DNA from: Kofleriaceae bacterium | GTDB lineage: Bacteria; Myxococcota_A; Polyangia; Haliangiales; Haliangiaceae | Assembly: GCA_046597055.1 (NCBI GenBank) | Contig: JBKJLC010000120.1 | Span: 1-19,791, forward strand | Direction of reading: 5' to 3' | Length of the DNA stretch: 19,791 bases | Part shown: in pieces, positions 8,153 through 18,272 of the stretch | Position numbering within the stretch: the first letter of the stretch is position 1 | How the letters are laid out: each line of letters opens with the position of its first letter | Notes under the pieces: generated by a model | Database searches by the model: none | Seen by the model: only the letters and a program-made list of their open reading frames with translations | Told to the model about the DNA's origin: nothing | Made by a program: the position numbers and the translations under genes

Positions 8153-9709
8153 GTGCGCACCCGTGACGCGCTGCTGACCTCGCTCGGCCAGGCCGGGTAC
8201 ACGCCGGGCCGCAAGGACGTCCCGCCGCTGATCGCGCTGCTGGCCGAGGCCGAAACGCACGCGCCGGCGGTGCGGCGCGCGCTGGCGCGGGCCGATGCGA
8301 GCGCGGTGATCGCCGCGCTGGCCCCGGCGCTGGCGGCGGCGGCCGAAGGCGACGCCACCCGGCTGGTGGCCGCGCTCGGCGACGTGGCCGGGCGGGACCC
8401 GGCGGCGACCCCCGCGCTGGTCGCCGCGCTCGACGATGACCGGCCGCGGGTCCGGCGCGCCGCGGTGATGGCGCTCGGCAAGGTCGGCGGTGAGGCGGCC
8501 CGGGTCGCGCTCGGCGCCTACTGGGATCGCGACCTGCCGCCCGACCACCGACGGGCCACCGCCGAGGCGCTCGGCAAGGCCGGCGGTGCCGACGCGGTCC
8601 GCCGGCTGACCGCCGCCGATCCCGGCGACGACGCGATGCTGGCCCAGCGCCGCGCGCGCGGCCTCCTGATCGCGACCCGCGACGACGCGACCGAGCCGTC
8701 GGAGATCGCGCTCGACGTAGCGCCGCCGGGGCCGGTCGAGCTGGTCGCGCTGTGTCGCAGCGGGCTCGAGACCGTGCTCGCTGGCGAGCTGGCCGAGCTG
8801 GGCCTGCCGGTGCGGCGGCTGGGCGTGGGCCGGGTGATGCTCGACCTGACGGGCCCGCTGGCGCTGGTCTATCAGGCCCGCACCCTGCTCGGCGCCGGCG
8901 CCCTGGTCGAGCTGCCGCCCGGCCCGCTCGCGGCCGCGATCCCCGAGGCGCTGGCCGCGCCGGTGGTGCGCGCGCTGCTGGCCGCCTGGACCCGCGGCCA
9001 GGTGCGCTGGCGGCTCGACTTCGAGCGCGGCGGCCACCGACGGGCGCTGGTGTGGGAGGTCGCGGCCCGGGTCCAGGCGCTCGCGCCGGCGCTGATCAAT
9101 CAACCGCGGGCGACCACCTGGGACGTGGTGGTCACCGACGACGAGCGCCACCTCGAGCTGCGGCCGCGCCGGTTCACCGACGATCGCTACCGCTGGCGGG
9201 TCGCCGACGTGCCGGCCGCCTCGCACCCGACGGTCGCGGCCGCGCTGGCCCGGGTCGCCGGCGTGCGCGCCGGCGAGCACGTGTGGGATCCGTTCGTCGG
9301 CTCGGGCGCCGAGCTGTGCGAGCGCGCGCGGCTGGGCCCGGCCCGCCTGCTCGGCAGCGATCTCGACGACCGCGCGCTGGCGGCGGCCCGCGCCAACCTG
9401 ACCGCGGCCGGCCACCCGACCGCGGAGCTGGTCCGCGCCGACGCGCTCATCCACACGCCGCCCCCGCTCGGCCTGATCATCACCAACCCGCCCATGGGCC
9501 GCCGGCTGCGCGGCGACGCCGGCGGGCTGCTCGAGCGGTTCGCCGAGCGGGTCCCGGCGCTGCTCGATCGCGGCGGTCGCCTGGTGTGGCTGACCCCGGC
9601 CTTCGAGCGCACCGCGGCCGCGCTACGGCGGGGCGGCCTGACCCTGAAGTTCGCGCGCGAGGTCGACCTGGGCGGCTACGAGGCACGGCTGGAACGCTGG
9701 GACCGTTGA
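8153..9709 (+). CDS. HEAT-repeat + THUMP-like + class I SAM-dependent (RNA m2G-type) methyltransferase fusion
   Basis: HEAT-like repeats (ALVAALDDDRPRVRRAAVMALGKVGG; RRATAEALGKAGG). LCRSGLETVLAGELAEL resembles the RlmL/Trm14 N-terminus. SAM-binding VWDPFVGSGAE, GSDLD and IITNPPMG. GTG 8153 chosen because host-like codon usage begins there. Confidence 0.82.
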   Translation: MRTRDALLTSLGQAGYTPGRKDVPPLIALLAEAETHAPAVRRALARADASAVIAALAPALAAAAEGDATRLVAALGDVAGRDPAATPALVAALDDDRPRVRRAAVMALGKVGGEAARVALGAYWDRDLPPDHRRATAEALGKAGGADAVRRLTAADPGDDAMLAQRRARGLLIATRDDATEPSEIALDVAPPGPVELVALCRSGLETVLAGELAELGLPVRRLGVGRVMLDLTGPLALVYQARTLLGAGALVELPPGPLAAAIPEALAAPVVRALLAAWTRGQVRWRLDFERGGHRRALVWEVAARVQALAPALINQPRATTWDVVVTDDERHLELRPRRFTDDRYRWRVADVPAASHPTVAAALARVAGVRAGEHVWDPFVGSGAELCERARLGPARLLGSDLDDRALAAARANLTAAGHPTAELVRADALIHTPPPLGLIITNPPMGRRLRGDAGGLLERFAERVPALLDRGGRLVWLTPAFERTAAALRRGGLTLKFAREVDLGGYEARLERWDR

Positions 9710-9741
9710 TCTGGCGCCGCCGCGGGGTCATCCTGCGGCCG

Positions 9742-10488
9742 ATGCGCGACCTCCGCTACACCGTGTTCGGCACGATCGGGCGGAGCTTCGCAGTCTGGGC
9801 CAAGAACCTCGTCCCGATCACGATCCTCGGGCTGCTGTTCTTCTCGCCGCTCATCATCTACACGGGCTCGCTGGTCCTCGACCTCGGCCGCACCGGCTAC
9901 GTCGGCGAGGACTCGTGGACGCTGTGGTTCGTCGTGACCAGCACGCTGGCCTACGCGGTCGATCAGCTGCTGGCCGCGCCGATCGTCTACGGCGTCGTCC
10001 AGGAGCTCAACGGCACCCACGCCGGGCTCGGCGCCTGCATCGTGCAGGGCCTCAAGCGCTTCTTCCCGGTGTTCCTCACGGTCTTTCTCCTCTACTGGTG
10101 CGTCGTCTTCGGCACCTACCCGTTCATCATCCCGGGCTTCGTCATGGCCTGCGGCCTGTACGTCGCGGTCCCGGCCGCGGTGTGCGAGCGCCCGGGCATC
10201 ATGGGCACGCTGACCCGGAGCTTCCACCTCACCGAGGGCAGCCGCCTGCGCATCTTCGGGCTCCTCGTCCTCTACTGGGGCACCCGCACCGGCGCCAAGA
10301 TGGCGCTCCTCTACGGCCTCGACCCGCAGGGCCACGCCGGCAAGATGCAGATCGTGCTGATCGGCTCGATCGTGATCGACCTGCTGTTCGGCTGCCTCGG
10401 CGCGGTCCTGCAGGGCGTGACCTACGGAAAGCTTCGCCAGCTGCGCGACGGCGCCTCGACCCACGATCTCGCCAAGGTCTTCGAGTAG
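9742..10488 (+). CDS. Multi-pass membrane protein (GDPD-membrane-domain/YciC-like), paralog 1
   Basis: 3' part of ORF 8752..10488 from ATG 9742. About 5-6 hydrophobic segments, motif PAAVCERPGIMGTLTRSFHLTEGSRLRIFG, ending YGKLR...DLAKVFE. Confidence 0.8.
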   Translation: MRDLRYTVFGTIGRSFAVWAKNLVPITILGLLFFSPLIIYTGSLVLDLGRTGYVGEDSWTLWFVVTSTLAYAVDQLLAAPIVYGVVQELNGTHAGLGACIVQGLKRFFPVFLTVFLLYWCVVFGTYPFIIPGFVMACGLYVAVPAAVCERPGIMGTLTRSFHLTEGSRLRIFGLLVLYWGTRTGAKMALLYGLDPQGHAGKMQIVLIGSIVIDLLFGCLGAVLQGVTYGKLRQLRDGASTHDLAKVFE

Positions 10489-10495
10489 CCGCCGG

Positions 10496-11224
10496 GTGCC
10501 GCCGCTCGCGTTCACCGTCCGCGGCACGCTCGCCAGCGGGCTGACGATGTGGCGACACCGGTTCTGGTCGATCCTCGCGATCGCCACGGTCATCTGGCTG
10601 CCCGCGCTGGTGTTCCACGGCCTGTTCATGGCCGGCGTCGGAGGGCCCGATGGTGCGCCCGCCAACGCGCTGCTCGGCCTGCTGATCATGACCACGCCGT
10701 ACGCACACGTGGCCGACCAGCTGGTCGCCGCCCGGGTCCAGCGTGGCGAGTACGGGACGAGCGATGGGATCCGCGCCAGCCGGCTCGCAGATCTGCGCCG
10801 GTGGATCGCGCTGCTGACGACCGCCGTCCTCGTCCATGTCGCCGTGCTCGCCGGCGCCTGCCTGCTCCTGGTGCCGGGGCTGCTGGTCGCCGTGCTCTTT
10901 TCGGTCGCGACCACCACGGTGAGCGCCGAGCACCGCAGCCCACTCGCCGCCCTGCGCCGCAGCGTGCACCTCACCCGCGGCCAGCGCTGGCGCGTCGCCG
11001 GCGTGCTGGCCGTCCTGTGGGGCGTGCGCTGGGCCGGTCGGCTGGTCCTGCCCTACGGCGCGGACGCCACCGGCGCGCCGTGGCTGCTCGTGGTCGGCCT
11101 CGGGCTCGCCGCGGTGTTCGATCTCGTGGCCAGCGCCGCGACCGCGGCCGTGCAGGTCGTGCTCTACCGCCGCCTGCGCGACCGGCTCGACGGCTCGTCG
11201 GATCTCGCCGCGATCTTCGGGTAG
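10496..11224 (+). CDS. Multi-pass membrane protein (GDPD-membrane-domain/YciC-like), paralog 2
   Basis: Starts 7 nt after the previous stop. Same layout, with LLLVPGL, VSAEHRSPLAALRRSVHLTRGQRWRVAG and YRRLR...DLAAIFG. Confidence 0.8.
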   Translation: MPPLAFTVRGTLASGLTMWRHRFWSILAIATVIWLPALVFHGLFMAGVGGPDGAPANALLGLLIMTTPYAHVADQLVAARVQRGEYGTSDGIRASRLADLRRWIALLTTAVLVHVAVLAGACLLLVPGLLVAVLFSVATTTVSAEHRSPLAALRRSVHLTRGQRWRVAGVLAVLWGVRWAGRLVLPYGADATGAPWLLVVGLGLAAVFDLVASAATAAVQVVLYRRLRDRLDGSSDLAAIFG

Positions 11225-11266
11225 GCCTCGGGCGGCGCGGCCCGCTTCAGCCCGGTCGCGGCCCGC

Positions 11267-12223
11267 TCAGGAGCGGTCGTGCTTGTCGGCGCGCCGCTTG
11301 CCGAACAGGAGCCGCTGCTCGAGGTGTCCGCGTAACGCTCCGTAGAAGTCGCGCAAGAAGCGCGGCGCTTGCCCGGGCGGCACCGTCTCCTGGTAGCCGA
11401 TCTTGATCCGGATCTTCTCGGCGACGGTCGCGATCGCGTCGGGGTCGGCGGCGGCCTCGCCGCGCAGGAGGCCCTCGAGCACCTGCAATTCGTAGACGCC
11501 GTAGATGCCGAGCTGGGCGTCGGTGAACCGGTAGCTCGGCGCGGCCGGCATCGCCGGCACCGACACCGCGGCCGTGGTCGGAGCGCCCGGCGGCGCCGGG
11601 CTGGCCGGCATCCGCGGCCGGCGGGCATCGGCGAGGTCCGGACGCAGCTGGGTCCGCGGCTGGACCACGACCAGCGTGCCGCCGATCAGGTCGCCGACCC
11701 GCAGGTTGTCCTTGTTGAAGAGCGGCAAGAGCGCGATCAGCACGATCCAGGTCGACGCCGCGACCCAGGACCAGGTCGGCGCGTCGGGCCACACCTGATC
11801 GTGGGCGAGCAGGTAGGTGAGCGGCATCCACAGCTCGAGCTCGCGCACCAGGTTGCGCGCCAGCACCGCGCTGGCCTCGAGCGAGCCCCCGCGCGCGTCG
11901 ATCACGCGGATGCCGGCCGCGCGCTTGCCCGGGGTCGCGCCGTGGCCGCGCATCTCGAAGTACACGAAGTAGAAGTGGCGGAGCAGGAAGCCGAGCAAGA
12001 GCGCCAGCGACGACAGCCAGTGATCCGCGCCGGGCGAGGCCAGCCCCAGCACGAGCGTCAGCCCCAGGATCACCCCGACGATGATCAGGATGTCGATGAT
12101 CAACGCGGTGGCGCGCTCGCCGACGCTGGCCAGCGTGAACTGGATCGGGATGCCCTCGGGCGTGATGATCTCGCGCCGGCGCACCGCCTCGCCGCCGCGG
12201 CTGACGTACGACGCTACCGCCAC
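11267..12223 (-). CDS. RDD family membrane protein with soluble C-terminal extension
   Basis: ITPEGIPI, ASVGERATALIID, YFVYFE, GATPGKRAAGIRVI, ARNLVR and RVGDLIGGTLVV. GTG 12223 has GAGG 5 nt upstream and overlaps the upstream gene by 10 nt. Confidence 0.9.
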   Translation of the reverse strand: MAVASYVSRGGEAVRRREIITPEGIPIQFTLASVGERATALIIDILIIVGVILGLTLVLGLASPGADHWLSSLALLLGFLLRHFYFVYFEMRGHGATPGKRAAGIRVIDARGGSLEASAVLARNLVRELELWMPLTYLLAHDQVWPDAPTWSWVAASTWIVLIALLPLFNKDNLRVGDLIGGTLVVVQPRTQLRPDLADARRPRMPASPAPPGAPTTAAVSVPAMPAAPSYRFTDAQLGIYGVYELQVLEGLLRGEAAADPDAIATVAEKIRIKIGYQETVPPGQAPRFLRDFYGALRGHLEQRLLFGKRRADKHDRS

Positions 12224-13251
12224 GGCGCCTCGCGCAGGACCCGGGCCCGGCCGACCCAACCGAAATAGCCGAGCCAGCCGAGCGCGGTGAGGCCGGCGAC
12301 CGTGAACCGCACCGGCACGCTGGTCACCATCTGGCGGAAGATGCCCTCGATCAGGCCGGCGATGAACAGCATCACGACCGCGCCCAGCACGATCTCGGCA
12401 GCCATCCGGCCGCGCCGTCGCAACGCGTCGCCGCGCGGCTCGGCCCCGGGGAACACCAGGGCGTGGCCGAGCAGCAGCCCGGCGGCGCCGCACAGGATCA
12501 CGGCCAGCAGCTCGGTGACCCCGTGGGGCAGGAGCCAGGCCCACAGGTCGACGCCGAGCCCGCGGCCGTGATGGAGGGCGGCGAACGCGCCGATCACGAG
12601 GCCGTTCATGAACATCAGGAACACGGTGGGCAGCCCGGCCACGAACCCGAGCGCGAACGCGAGCATCCCGATCCGCGCGTTGTGGGTGAACAGCGAGGTC
12701 GCGAAGTGGGTCAGCGACTGATCGAAGCCCTGCTGTTGGTAGAGGACGTCGCGCAGCTCGCTGGTCGAGGCGGCCGGGTCGCGGCCGCCGGCGTACGACG
12801 CGTCGACGAACAGGTAAAAGGCGTCGGTGTCGTCCCGCACCATCGCGTAAGCGACCACCGCGCCGGCCGCCATGAACAAGGCCGCCAGCAGGACGTGCCA
12901 CTTCGCGGCCCGCACCGCGGCCGGGAACCGCCAGCTCAGCCACGCCGCGATCCGGGTCCGGGCCCGCTCGCGCGAGCCGTAGACCACCACGTACGCGCGG
13001 GCGACCAGGCTCTCGAGGTAGTCGGTGAGCGCGCGGTCGAGCGAGATCGCGCGGGCCACCGACAGCGACGACAGGCTGGCCCGGTACAGGTGCGGCAGCT
13101 GGGCCAGCTCGTCGGGCACCAGCCCGTCGAGGCCCTGGTCGTGGGCGCGAGCCAGCAGGCTCTCGAGCTGCTGCCAGGTCGCCTCGCGCTCGCGCCGGAA
13201 CTGGACGCTGCGCAGGGTCGGATCGAGCCCGGGGGAGGCGGTGGCGCTCAT
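12214..13251 (-). CDS. SpoIIM-like (DUF95) membrane protein
   Basis: FRREREATWQQLE, YLESLVARAY, LFTHNARIG, NGLVIGA, LLPHGVTEL and AGLIEG. ATG 13251 overlaps the DUF58 stop (ATGA). Confidence 0.88.
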   Translation of the reverse strand: MSATASPGLDPTLRSVQFRREREATWQQLESLLARAHDQGLDGLVPDELAQLPHLYRASLSSLSVARAISLDRALTDYLESLVARAYVVVYGSRERARTRIAAWLSWRFPAAVRAAKWHVLLAALFMAAGAVVAYAMVRDDTDAFYLFVDASYAGGRDPAASTSELRDVLYQQQGFDQSLTHFATSLFTHNARIGMLAFALGFVAGLPTVFLMFMNGLVIGAFAALHHGRGLGVDLWAWLLPHGVTELLAVILCGAAGLLLGHALVFPGAEPRGDALRRRGRMAAEIVLGAVVMLFIAGLIEGIFRQMVTSVPVRFTVAGLTALGWLGYFGWVGRARVLREAPWR

Positions 13252-14579
13252 CGCAGCAGCTCCCGGCGCTTGATGTCGAGGTAGCGGTTGATCACCTGCA
13301 GCGAGAACTGCTCGGGCGTGGTGTCGATCACCATCGCGCCGGCGCGCCGCAGCCGCTCCAGCACCAGCCGCCGCTCGCGGGCGAAGCCGCCGGCGACCAC
13401 CGACTCGTGCAGGTCCGCCAGCGAGCGCGGCTCTCGCTCCGATCCGCCGGTGCGGCCGTCGACCGCGGGATCGCCGACCGCGACGAACAGGACCAGGTGG
13501 TGGCGGGCCAGCCGGGTGACGTTCTCGATCATCAGCTCGGCGGTGATGCTGTCGAGGAAGTCGGTGAACAGCACGACCAGCGAGCGCCGCTTGACCCGCT
13601 GGGCCAGCTCGGCGAGCGCGAGCGTGAAGTTGCTCTCGACCCGGCGATAGGCGAGCTCGGCGGTGACCCGGGTCAGGCGCGGGAACGCGTGCATGCCGCC
13701 GGCCGGCTCGGTCCAGGTCCGCACCTTTTCGTCGAACCCGAGCAGGCCGACCCGGTCGCCGGTCTTGAGGCACAGCCACGACAAGAGGAGCCCGGCGTTG
13801 ACCGCATGATCGAGCCGCGGGATGCCGGCCAGCGGCTCGCTCATGAGCTGGCCGCCGTCGATCGCGACGATGACCTGGTGGTTGCGCTCGGCGCGGAACT
13901 GCGTGCACAGCAGCTTGGTGTGGCGCGCCGACGACTTCCAGTCGATCGCGCGGTGGTCGAGGCCGGGCACGTACTCGCGCAGCGAGTCGAACTCCGAGCC
14001 GTCGCCGTTGTAGCGCTCGACCTTCATGCCCGACATGAACTCGCGGCTGGACAGGACCCGCAGCGCCATCGCGCGGACCGCGCCCAGGTTGGGCACCACC
14101 GCGACCGGCAGGTCGAGCGCGCGCCGCCAGCGCCGCTCGATCAGGCCGAGCGGGCCGGTCCAGCGCAGGTGCAGGCCGACCACCCGGGGCTGGCCGCGGC
14201 GCACCGGCCGCAGCGGGAACCGCACCACCGCGGTCGCCTGTCCGGCGTCCGGACGCATCCGGAAGCGCGCGGGGGCCGGCCGGACCACCTCGCCGTCGAT
14301 CTCGGGCACCAGCTCGACGTCGGGCGTGCGAGTGCCGCGGACCCGCACCGTGACCGTGAGCTCGCCCTCCTCGCCGATGAAGATCTGCGGGGTCGCCCGC
14401 GCGACCACCTCGACCCGGCGCCGGGGCGCGCCGAGGGCCGCGTCGATCAACATCAGCGCCGCGACCCCACCGATCGCCGCCAGCCACACCGGGAACGCGC
14501 CGGCCCCGGCCACGGCCGGCACCGCGGCCAGCGGCAGGACCGCGACCAGCACCAGGATGAGGCGAAGGGTGGGACGCAT
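13248..14579 (-). CDS. DUF58 / VWA-like MoxR-associated protein
   Basis: Two N-terminal TM helices, RRG...GPLGL, GSEFDSLREYVPGLDHRAIDWKSSAR, ERNHQVIVAIDGG, GDRVGLLGFD and VVLFTD. Confidence 0.93.
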   Translation of the reverse strand: MRPTLRLILVLVAVLPLAAVPAVAGAGAFPVWLAAIGGVAALMLIDAALGAPRRRVEVVARATPQIFIGEEGELTVTVRVRGTRTPDVELVPEIDGEVVRPAPARFRMRPDAGQATAVVRFPLRPVRRGQPRVVGLHLRWTGPLGLIERRWRRALDLPVAVVPNLGAVRAMALRVLSSREFMSGMKVERYNGDGSEFDSLREYVPGLDHRAIDWKSSARHTKLLCTQFRAERNHQVIVAIDGGQLMSEPLAGIPRLDHAVNAGLLLSWLCLKTGDRVGLLGFDEKVRTWTEPAGGMHAFPRLTRVTAELAYRRVESNFTLALAELAQRVKRRSLVVLFTDFLDSITAELMIENVTRLARHHLVLFVAVGDPAVDGRTGGSEREPRSLADLHESVVAGGFARERRLVLERLRRAGAMVIDTTPEQFSLQVINRYLDIKRRELLR

Positions 14580-14590
14580 GACGGAGCCCG

Positions 14591-15524
<934 letters not shown>

Positions 15525-15547
<23 letters not shown>

Positions 15548-16784
15548 GGGTCATCTCCAGGCGCCAGCGGTGGACGCGCTCGGCCGCCACCAGCACCTGA
15601 CGGGGGTTGCGCGTGTGCACCGCGGCCGCGACCTCGGCGGTGAGCTCGGCGTAGGTGATGGTGCCGCCGCGCGCGCCGCGGATGCGCTCGAGCCACCCGG
15701 CCAGCGCCACCGGCGTCAGCTCGGGCGGCGCGTGCAGCTCGGCCCGGACCGCGTCGACCGCGACCACGAGGTAGCGCTCGAGCGCGTGGCCGTGGTGGCC
15801 GGCGACCCGCATGAGCGCGGCGGTGTTCCGGATCAGGTAGGCCTTGCCGGCGCCGAGCGGCGGCGGCGCGAGCCGCGCGGGCCCGAACCGGCCGACGGCG
15901 GCCCAGAGCACCAGCACCGCGAGCAGCACCACGTGCAGCGTGACCACCGCGAGCGGAAACCGGAACAGCGCCTTCCACAGGCTCGGCTCCTCGGCGAAGC
16001 CATGCAGCGTCTCGTCGATCACCACCGGCCCGCCGTGGCGGAGGTGATCGATCAGGCCGACCGCGAAGCGGGCGTTGCCGGGCCGGCCCAGGCCGGCGTT
16101 GTTGAGGACGTCGGGATCGGTGAGCAGATAGACCGTGGTCTCGTCGACGGTGAACCAGGTGACCAGGCCGTGGTCATCGATCGCGTGCAGCGCATCGCCG
16201 TCGCCGTCGGTGGTGACCTGCGCCAGCGCCATGTCGCGGGCGACCTCGAAGCTGGGCGCGCCCAGGTGCAGCTCGTCGGTGGTGACCTCGCCCGGCGCGA
16301 TCCGGGCCACCCGGGCGTCGGTGCCCAGCGCGATGAGGATGGAGTCGACGTCGGTGTCGTCGAGCATCGACACGGTCTCCAGCCAGCGCCGGTTGGCGGT
16401 CTCCGCGGTGCCGTACCACTTCGGCAACACCAGCAGCGTACGCGGCGCCGACGTCACCAGCGCGCGCAGCGCCGCCGCGCTCGCGTGGTCACCGGGCGGC
16501 ACCACCGGCTCGGCGACGATCAGGAGCCCGTCCTCGACCTTGCCGGCCGAGCCGTGGCGGCTGACCACGACCGGGATGTCGAGCTCCTCGAGCACCTCGA
16601 CCAGCGCGTGGTGACCGATCGCCGACACCGAGTAGCCATCGGACGACGCCGACGGCCGACCGGTGAGATCGCCGAGGAAGACGCTGAGCAGCACCGCGCC
16701 CACCAGCGAGATCGCGATCGCGCCGACCACCAGCGTGATCGCGGTGCGCGAGAACCCGCTCGGGCTCGCCGGCGGGGAGGTCAT
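15525..16784 (-). CDS. DUF4350-like membrane-anchored protein
   Basis: ATG 16784 overlaps the upstream stop (ATGA). N-terminal TM, extracytoplasmic domain ([35 protein letters not shown]), second TM, then RFGP. Positioned directly before moxR. Confidence 0.82.
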
Positions 16785-17524
16785 GGCTTGCCCCGGTAGG
16801 CGTCGGCGAAGCGCTGGAACTCGCGCCGGCACCGCTCGTAGTCGGCCGCGGCCGCGACGTCGTCGCCGAACCAGCTGACCTCGACCGCGGTGACCAGGCC
16901 GTGCAGCGCGGTGCGAGCGTCGGGCACCAGCGGCACTCGGGCCAGGATCTCGCGGCTGGTCAGCGACGCCGGCACCCGGGTCTTGGTCGCCCGCACCAGC
17001 TCGAGCTGGGTCCGCAGCAGCAGGGTGTGGATCGCCTCGGCGTAGCGGCCGGTGCCGGCGAGCTCGTCGGCATCGCCGATCGGTCGGTGGAGCACGTCCT
17101 GGTCGATACTCGGATCGAGCGCGGCGTCGCCGTCGAGCGCGGCGTCGCCGGCACCGCGTCGGACGTCGCGGACCAGCCACAGCAGCAGCATGGTCAGCGC
17201 GATGGCCAGGACCATGTAGACGACGCCGCGCACGACCCCGCCGAGCGCGCCCCCGCCGCGGCCCTCGAAACCCTCGGCGTCGTCAGCGCGGCGCGGCGCC
17301 CGCCGCTTCCGGGGCGGCGCCGACGGGGTCTTGCCGTCCTTGGCGCGGCCCGCCAGCTCGTCGACCGGCGTGATCGGGAGCTGCCGCTGGTACCGACGAT
17401 CCAGCACGGCCTCGACCGCGGCTTCGGCGCGGTCGACCGCGGCGGGGGCCTCGGCGGGTTCGGCCGGCGCCGGGGCTTGGGCGGCGGCCAGCGCGACAAC
17501 CACGGCCGCCACCACGAACGTCAC
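16781..17524 (-). CDS. DUF4129-like membrane protein
   Basis: GTG 17524 starts a hydrophobic signal-like segment, then YQRQLP, one TM, and C-terminal ADELAGTGRYAEAIHTLL, SLTSREI, VEVSWFG, DYERCR. Confidence 0.8.
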   Translation of the reverse strand: MTFVVAAVVVALAAAQAPAPAEPAEAPAAVDRAEAAVEAVLDRRYQRQLPITPVDELAGRAKDGKTPSAPPRKRRAPRRADDAEGFEGRGGGALGGVVRGVVYMVLAIALTMLLLWLVRDVRRGAGDAALDGDAALDPSIDQDVLHRPIGDADELAGTGRYAEAIHTLLLRTQLELVRATKTRVPASLTSREILARVPLVPDARTALHGLVTAVEVSWFGDDVAAAADYERCRREFQRFADAYRGKP

Positions 17525-17531
17525 GTCGGCA

Positions 17532-18272
17532 TCATCGGCGGGGGGGCCGCGGCTGGCAAGTGTCGGCGAGCGATAGGGTGGGCAAGCCCCAGCCAGCCAG
17601 GATCGCGCGCACCGCGTCGGCCGTGGTCGCCGCCGCCACCCCGACGTCCCCGGTGTCGCCGGCGGCCGGGCCGAACCAGATCGCGCGCATGCCGACCGCG
17701 CGCGCGCCATCGATGTCGGCGGTGCGCGAGTCACCGACGTGGACGATGGCCGGGAGCGCGACCCCGAGCGCGGCTGCGGTGTGCTCGAAGATCCGCCGGT
17801 CGGGCTTGGCGAACCCGAGCCGACCCGAGTCGACGATCGCGCGAAACGGCGCGGCCCAGCCGATCTCGGCGATCAGGTCGGCCAGCCGGCCCTCGGAGTT
17901 GGACAGGATCGCGACCGGGATGCCGCCGGCGGCGAGGTCGCGCGCGAGCTCGAACATGCCCGGGATCGGCCGCCGCCATAGATTCCGGGTCGGCTGCTCG
18001 GTCCACAGCCAGCCGGCGAGCGCGGCCGCGCCGGCGGCGTCGATGGTGGCGCTGGCCCCGGCGATCAGGGTCGCCATGAACACCTGCCACGGCATCTCGT
18101 GCTCGGCGGTGCGCACGACCTCCTCGTACCGGCGCCACGCCTGCGGCTGGGCCGCGTCGAGGGCAGCCGCCGGCACCGCGTGGCCGCGCTCGGCCAGGCG
18201 CGCCGACAGCATGCCGGTGTCGAGCTCGACCAGGGTCTGGCCGGCGTCGAAGCTGACCGCGGCCGCGGTCAC
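17532..18272 (-). CDS. HAD-superfamily hydrolase (subfamily IA)
   Basis: Motif I FDAGQTL, motif II LSNS, motif III KPD and motif IV HVGDSRTADIDGA. GTG 18272 overlaps the upstream stop (GTGA). Confidence 0.9.
   Translation of the reverse strand: MTAAAVSFDAGQTLVELDTGMLSARLAERGHAVPAAALDAAQPQAWRRYEEVVRTAEHEMPWQVFMATLIAGASATIDAAGAAALAGWLWTEQPTRNLWRRPIPGMFELARDLAAGGIPVAILSNSEGRLADLIAEIGWAAPFRAIVDSGRLGFAKPDRRIFEHTAAALGVALPAIVHVGDSRTADIDGARAVGMRAIWFGPAAGDTGDVGVAAATTADAVRAILAGWGLPTLSLADTCQPRPPRR

Noticed and set aside
11225..11270. Short direct repeat cgcggcccgct and a possible terminator between convergent genes
   Set aside because: Only 11 nt, nearly all GC, two copies and no U-tract; compatible with chance.
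12214..14487. 757-aa ORF suggesting a giant SpoIIM fusion (likewise the long N-termini of 11267..12943, 15525..17180, 8752..10488 and 17532..18464)
   Set aside because: The extensions are low-complexity read-through over the neighbouring real genes. Internal starts give clean overlaps or junctions.
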